Below are positions 45,601-47,559 of a stretch of 47,559 nt of DNA, piece after piece. Source of the stretch: Gemmatimonadales bacterium (GTDB lineage Bacteria; Gemmatimonadota; Gemmatimonadetes; Gemmatimonadales; GWC2-71-9). The DNA is taken from positions 1 through 47,559 of the forward strand of contig DATFVZ010000181.1 in NCBI GenBank assembly GCA_035259785.1, read 5' to 3'. The stretch's first letter is position 1; every line of letters starts with the position of its first letter. Under the pieces are notes generated by a model. The model was not told the origin of the DNA. It was given only the letters and a program-made list of their open reading frames with translations, and did no database searches. Position numbers and translations under genes: made by a program.

Positions 45601-45724
45601 GGTCGGGCAGAGCATCGATAGGAGTCGTACCGATCGCCCGAGTGCCACCGAAGATGAGAGCAACCGTCGCCAGGGCGACGAGGAACCGATTGCGGAGCGA
45701 CCACGCGATCACGTTGGCGATCAT
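42620..45724 (-). CDS. cusA: Cu(I)/Ag(I) efflux RND permease CusA
   Basis: 1034 aa, MIANVIAWSLRNRFLV...PIDALPDLSDVQVVIQTDF. TM4 IGAMVDAAIVMIENLHKHL and TM10 GVAAETGVVMLVYLDE are typical of CusA. ATGA overlaps occur at both ends. Confidence 0.92.
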   Translation of the reverse strand: MIANVIAWSLRNRFLVALATVALIFGGTRAIGTTPIDALPDLSDVQVVIQTDFSEQAPQIVEDQVTYPIASEMLKVPGARVVRAYSFFGQSLVYVLFEDGTDPYWARSRALEYMNGLRQRLPAGVEPTLGPDATGVGWVFEYVLESDSLDLAQLRSLQDWYVRYQLTAIPGVSEVASLGGYVKQYQVEVDPQRLRAYRIPVMRVVEAIGSHNADVGARVIEMGGREYMIRGLGYLRTVSEIESVPVGATMAGTPIRVGDVASVQVGPAPRRGATDLSGRGEVVAGIVIMRFGSDALKTLRAIKHRITEIQGSLPSGVRLVPVYDRSDLIHRAIVNLNRTLLEESIIVALVSVLFLLHFRSALVAIVTLPLGILISFLVMRALGVGANIMSLGGIAIAIGAMVDAAIVMIENLHKHLERGSGRDRWEIVREATVQVGPPLFFSLLIITVSFLPVFTLEQQEGRLFKPLAFTKTFAMAGAALLSITLVPLLMGFLVRGRIRPQEWNPINRSLMRVYRPVIAWVLHRPWHVVAATAIVLLVTILPWSRLGSEFMPPLDEGSLLFMPTTVPGVSIGQAREIMRYQDSVLASFPEVASVFGKAGRANTATDPAPLDMYETTIVLKPHNEWRRGVTTERLVSEMDRAVRLPGVTNAWTMPIKNRIDMLATGVRTPVGIKVYGPNLDTLQQLGIAIERIVKMVPGTRNVFAERNVSGYYIDIRTDRAQAARYRLNAGDLHDVVMATAGGMTAAITVEGRERYEVNVRYPRELRDDAQKLSEIVVPAMSGLQIPLGQVAQVNVVQGPMAVKTDDAFPVTTVYVDIEGRDLGGYVRDAQRMVAAELKLPAGYSLTWSGQFEFMQRVTQKLKLVVPVTLAIIFLLLYLNFRRVEETLIVMLALPFALVGGIWSLWALGYNTSVAVWVGMIALSGVAAETGVVMLVYLDEAWKERTAKGRRTLADLVAAIEEGAVGRLRPKMMTVVAIMAGLAPILWSTGTGADVMKRIAAPMVGGMITSTLLTLVVIPAVYFLWRNWQLRREAP

Positions 45725-46893
45725 GGGCGCTTCTCCGGGCCCATGTTCATCCCCGGCATACTGGAGCTCGCGCCGGCCGTGAGTCGCGATTCGGCATCGA
45801 CGAGGAAATTCGCAGCGGCGACGATGCGCTCGCCGGCAGCGACGCCGTTCAGAACCTGGAACCGATCTCCGGCGCGTGCCCCAAGCACGACCTCACGTGG
45901 CTCGAGCATACCGCTTTGGCCTACGACGAAAACGAGATTGCGCTCGCCAGTCTGAACCACCGCTTCGGCCGGGACGTTCACAGCATCGCGGTCGATGACG
46001 GCATCAAATAGGAGCGTGGCGTACATGCCAGGCCGCAGCTCGCCGCGTGGATTGGGAAACTCGACGCGGACGCGACCACTGCGACTCGAGTCGTCCACCG
46101 TCGGCGCGACAAAGGTCACGCGACCATCGAATCTGGGTCCGGGATACGCCGCGAACTCGGCGCTCACCGGTGCACCGAGATGGACGAGTTGAAGATCCTG
46201 CTCGAATACCGCGCCTTCGATCCACACTGTTCTGAGGTCGGCGATTCGGTAGAGCTTCATTCCCGGCATCACGGCCTGACCGGCGACGACCATCTTTTCG
46301 AGCACGATCCCCGCGAATGGCGCATTCAGGGTGAGTGTCTTAGTCGCTTGCCCTGTGCGTTCCAGGCGATCGATCTGCTCGCGCGAGATGTCCCAGTAGG
46401 ACAGCCGCCGCCGAGACGCTTCAAGCAATGACTGTGCGTCGTGCCATGCCTCGACGTCTGTGGAATCCACAGAACCCGCGAGCCGCCTCGCCGCAAGTAG
46501 CTCCTCCTGGGCGGCGACCAACACCGGACTGTAGATGGTGAGGAGCGGCTCACCGCGGCGCACGCTTGTGCCAGTAGCATTTACGAACAACTGCTCGACG
46601 AAGCCGTCGAACTTGGTCGTGATCTCCGCCAGGTTGGGCTCGGCGGGCACGATCTGGCCCCTGGTGCGGACGGTCCGTGCAAGTGGGCCGCGCTCAACAA
46701 CGCTGAAGGTGATGCCTATGGCGCGCGCCTGTTCGGACGACAAGTGAACCGGCGCTCGGTCGTGACTGCCGGTATCGGCAGCCGCGGTGTCGCTCATGTT
46801 CATACCGGCCATCTGATCAGCCTGCGCCTTGTTCCGGCACGCTGTTGGAGTAGCGAGCGCCAGCAGGGCGATCCACACGAACGCGCGATTCAT
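45721..46893 (-). CDS. cusB: Efflux RND periplasmic adaptor, CusB-like, full length
   Basis: 390 aa with signal peptide and Met-rich termini (QMAGMNMSD; SSSMPGMNMG). It has the lipoyl, alpha-hairpin, beta-barrel and MP segments and ends ...RIVAAANFLVDAESRL. Confidence 0.85.
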   Translation of the reverse strand: MNRAFVWIALLALATPTACRNKAQADQMAGMNMSDTAAADTGSHDRAPVHLSSEQARAIGITFSVVERGPLARTVRTRGQIVPAEPNLAEITTKFDGFVEQLFVNATGTSVRRGEPLLTIYSPVLVAAQEELLAARRLAGSVDSTDVEAWHDAQSLLEASRRRLSYWDISREQIDRLERTGQATKTLTLNAPFAGIVLEKMVVAGQAVMPGMKLYRIADLRTVWIEGAVFEQDLQLVHLGAPVSAEFAAYPGPRFDGRVTFVAPTVDDSSRSGRVRVEFPNPRGELRPGMYATLLFDAVIDRDAVNVPAEAVVQTGERNLVFVVGQSGMLEPREVVLGARAGDRFQVLNGVAAGERIVAAANFLVDAESRLTAGASSSMPGMNMGPEKRP

Positions 46894-47559
46894 GGCCGTA
46901 CCTCTCGGCCGACGAGCGCTTCGAGCTCGCCCATGGCCTGGTGATAGTCGGCAAGCAGCCGATAGCTCTCGGTCTCATAGCGATTCACGGTCATCTGATT
47001 GTCGACGAGCGTCATGAACGAGACGCGACCGACCCGGTAATTCGAGAGCGACGCCTGCACGGCCGCGCGAGCCTGTGGGACGACACTGCCGCGGTACAAG
47101 CGGATCAGGTTTCGGTCCTGAACCGCGCGGGCGCGGGTTTCGATTATCCGCGCAACGGTCTCGTCTTGCAGATTCGTCAGCTCGGCGCCCGCCATGTCCA
47201 CCACCGCCGCTGCTTCACGGCGCATGGGCAGTTGTCGTGCGCCAGCGAAGATCGGCAGGGTGATCCCCACCATCAGACTGACCATCGCCGGAAACTGCGG
47301 CCGTTGCTGATAGGCGAAGCCAAAGGAGAAATCGGGCCACAGCCCCCGCCGCGCGGCCGACAATGATGCTTCGGCCGCAGCCACTCGTTCGCTTCCGGCC
47401 AGTACTGCCGGTCGCTGTTCCAGCGCCCAAGTGACGAGCGAATCCACTGGCGCAAGCTCGCCGCCCTCCGCTTCGGGGAGGTCGAATGCGGGAATCGGCG
47501 TCAGTGGCGAGCGACCGAGCAGCGCGTTGAGTCGCGCCCCCATCGCGAGCCGCTCCTGT
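46890..47559 (-). CDS. cusC: TolC-family outer membrane factor (CusC-like), C-terminal part; gene continues beyond the right edge
   Basis: The frame is open to the window end. The coiled-coil-rich C-terminal half (...VNRYETESYRLLADYHQAMGELEALVG) is typical of outer membrane efflux proteins. ATGA overlap with cusB. Confidence 0.75.
   Translation of the reverse strand, partial: QERLAMGARLNALLGRSPLTPIPAFDLPEAEGGELAPVDSLVTWALEQRPAVLAGSERVAAAEASLSAARRGLWPDFSFGFAYQQRPQFPAMVSLMVGITLPIFAGARQLPMRREAAAVVDMAGAELTNLQDETVARIIETRARAVQDRNLIRLYRGSVVPQARAAVQASLSNYRVGRVSFMTLVDNQMTVNRYETESYRLLADYHQAMGELEALVGREVRP

Noticed and set aside
1-47559. Search for CRISPR arrays, insertion sequences, integrases, toxin-antitoxin pairs or known defence-system genes
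   Set aside because: I saw no regularly spaced direct repeats, no transposase, integrase or recombinase motifs, and no nuclease, helicase or ATPase combinations typical of defence islands. The novelty here appears to be in envelope transport, not immunity.

Overview
High-GC (roughly two-thirds G+C by eye), densely coding bacterial chromosomal window. I recognised no rRNA, tRNA, CRISPR array, transposase or integrase. Taxon is a guess only: the gene families suggest Gemmatimonadota or Acidobacteriota. The left half (1523-24418, all minus strand, gaps of 55 bp or less or 4-nt ATGA overlaps) is the unusual part. It holds two paralogous modules ordered outer-membrane beta-barrel, RND type II, 149-aa lipoprotein, RND type I. 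These flank an ABC-2 exporter with one ATPase and two permeases that are each internally duplicated. The modules encode neither a TolC-family channel nor a full-length periplasmic adaptor. The 149-aa lipoproteins look like adaptors reduced to the membrane-proximal domain. The right end (40566-47559, minus) is a canonical cusC-cusB-cusA operon translationally coupled to a His-rich CPH-type P1B ATPase (copB-like), which serves as an internal control for a complete tripartite pump. Beside it is a Met/His-rich beta-barrel-like protein. The middle holds accessory genes: two MFS transporters, a TolB-like propeller/DUF11 protein, a eukaryote-type (DES1-like) sphingolipid desaturase homologue, a receiver-domain remnant, PadR and a 60-aa protein made of I-x-x-N-Q heptads. 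It also holds a NitT/TauT-type ABC importer whose binding-protein gene is split by an in-frame TGA, a GMC oxidoreductase with a Tat small subunit, a YncE-like propeller and an AlkA-like glycosylase. A ~150-nt multi-hairpin element lies in the low-GC leader upstream of the big cluster. All functions are inferred by eye from motifs; no database search was run.
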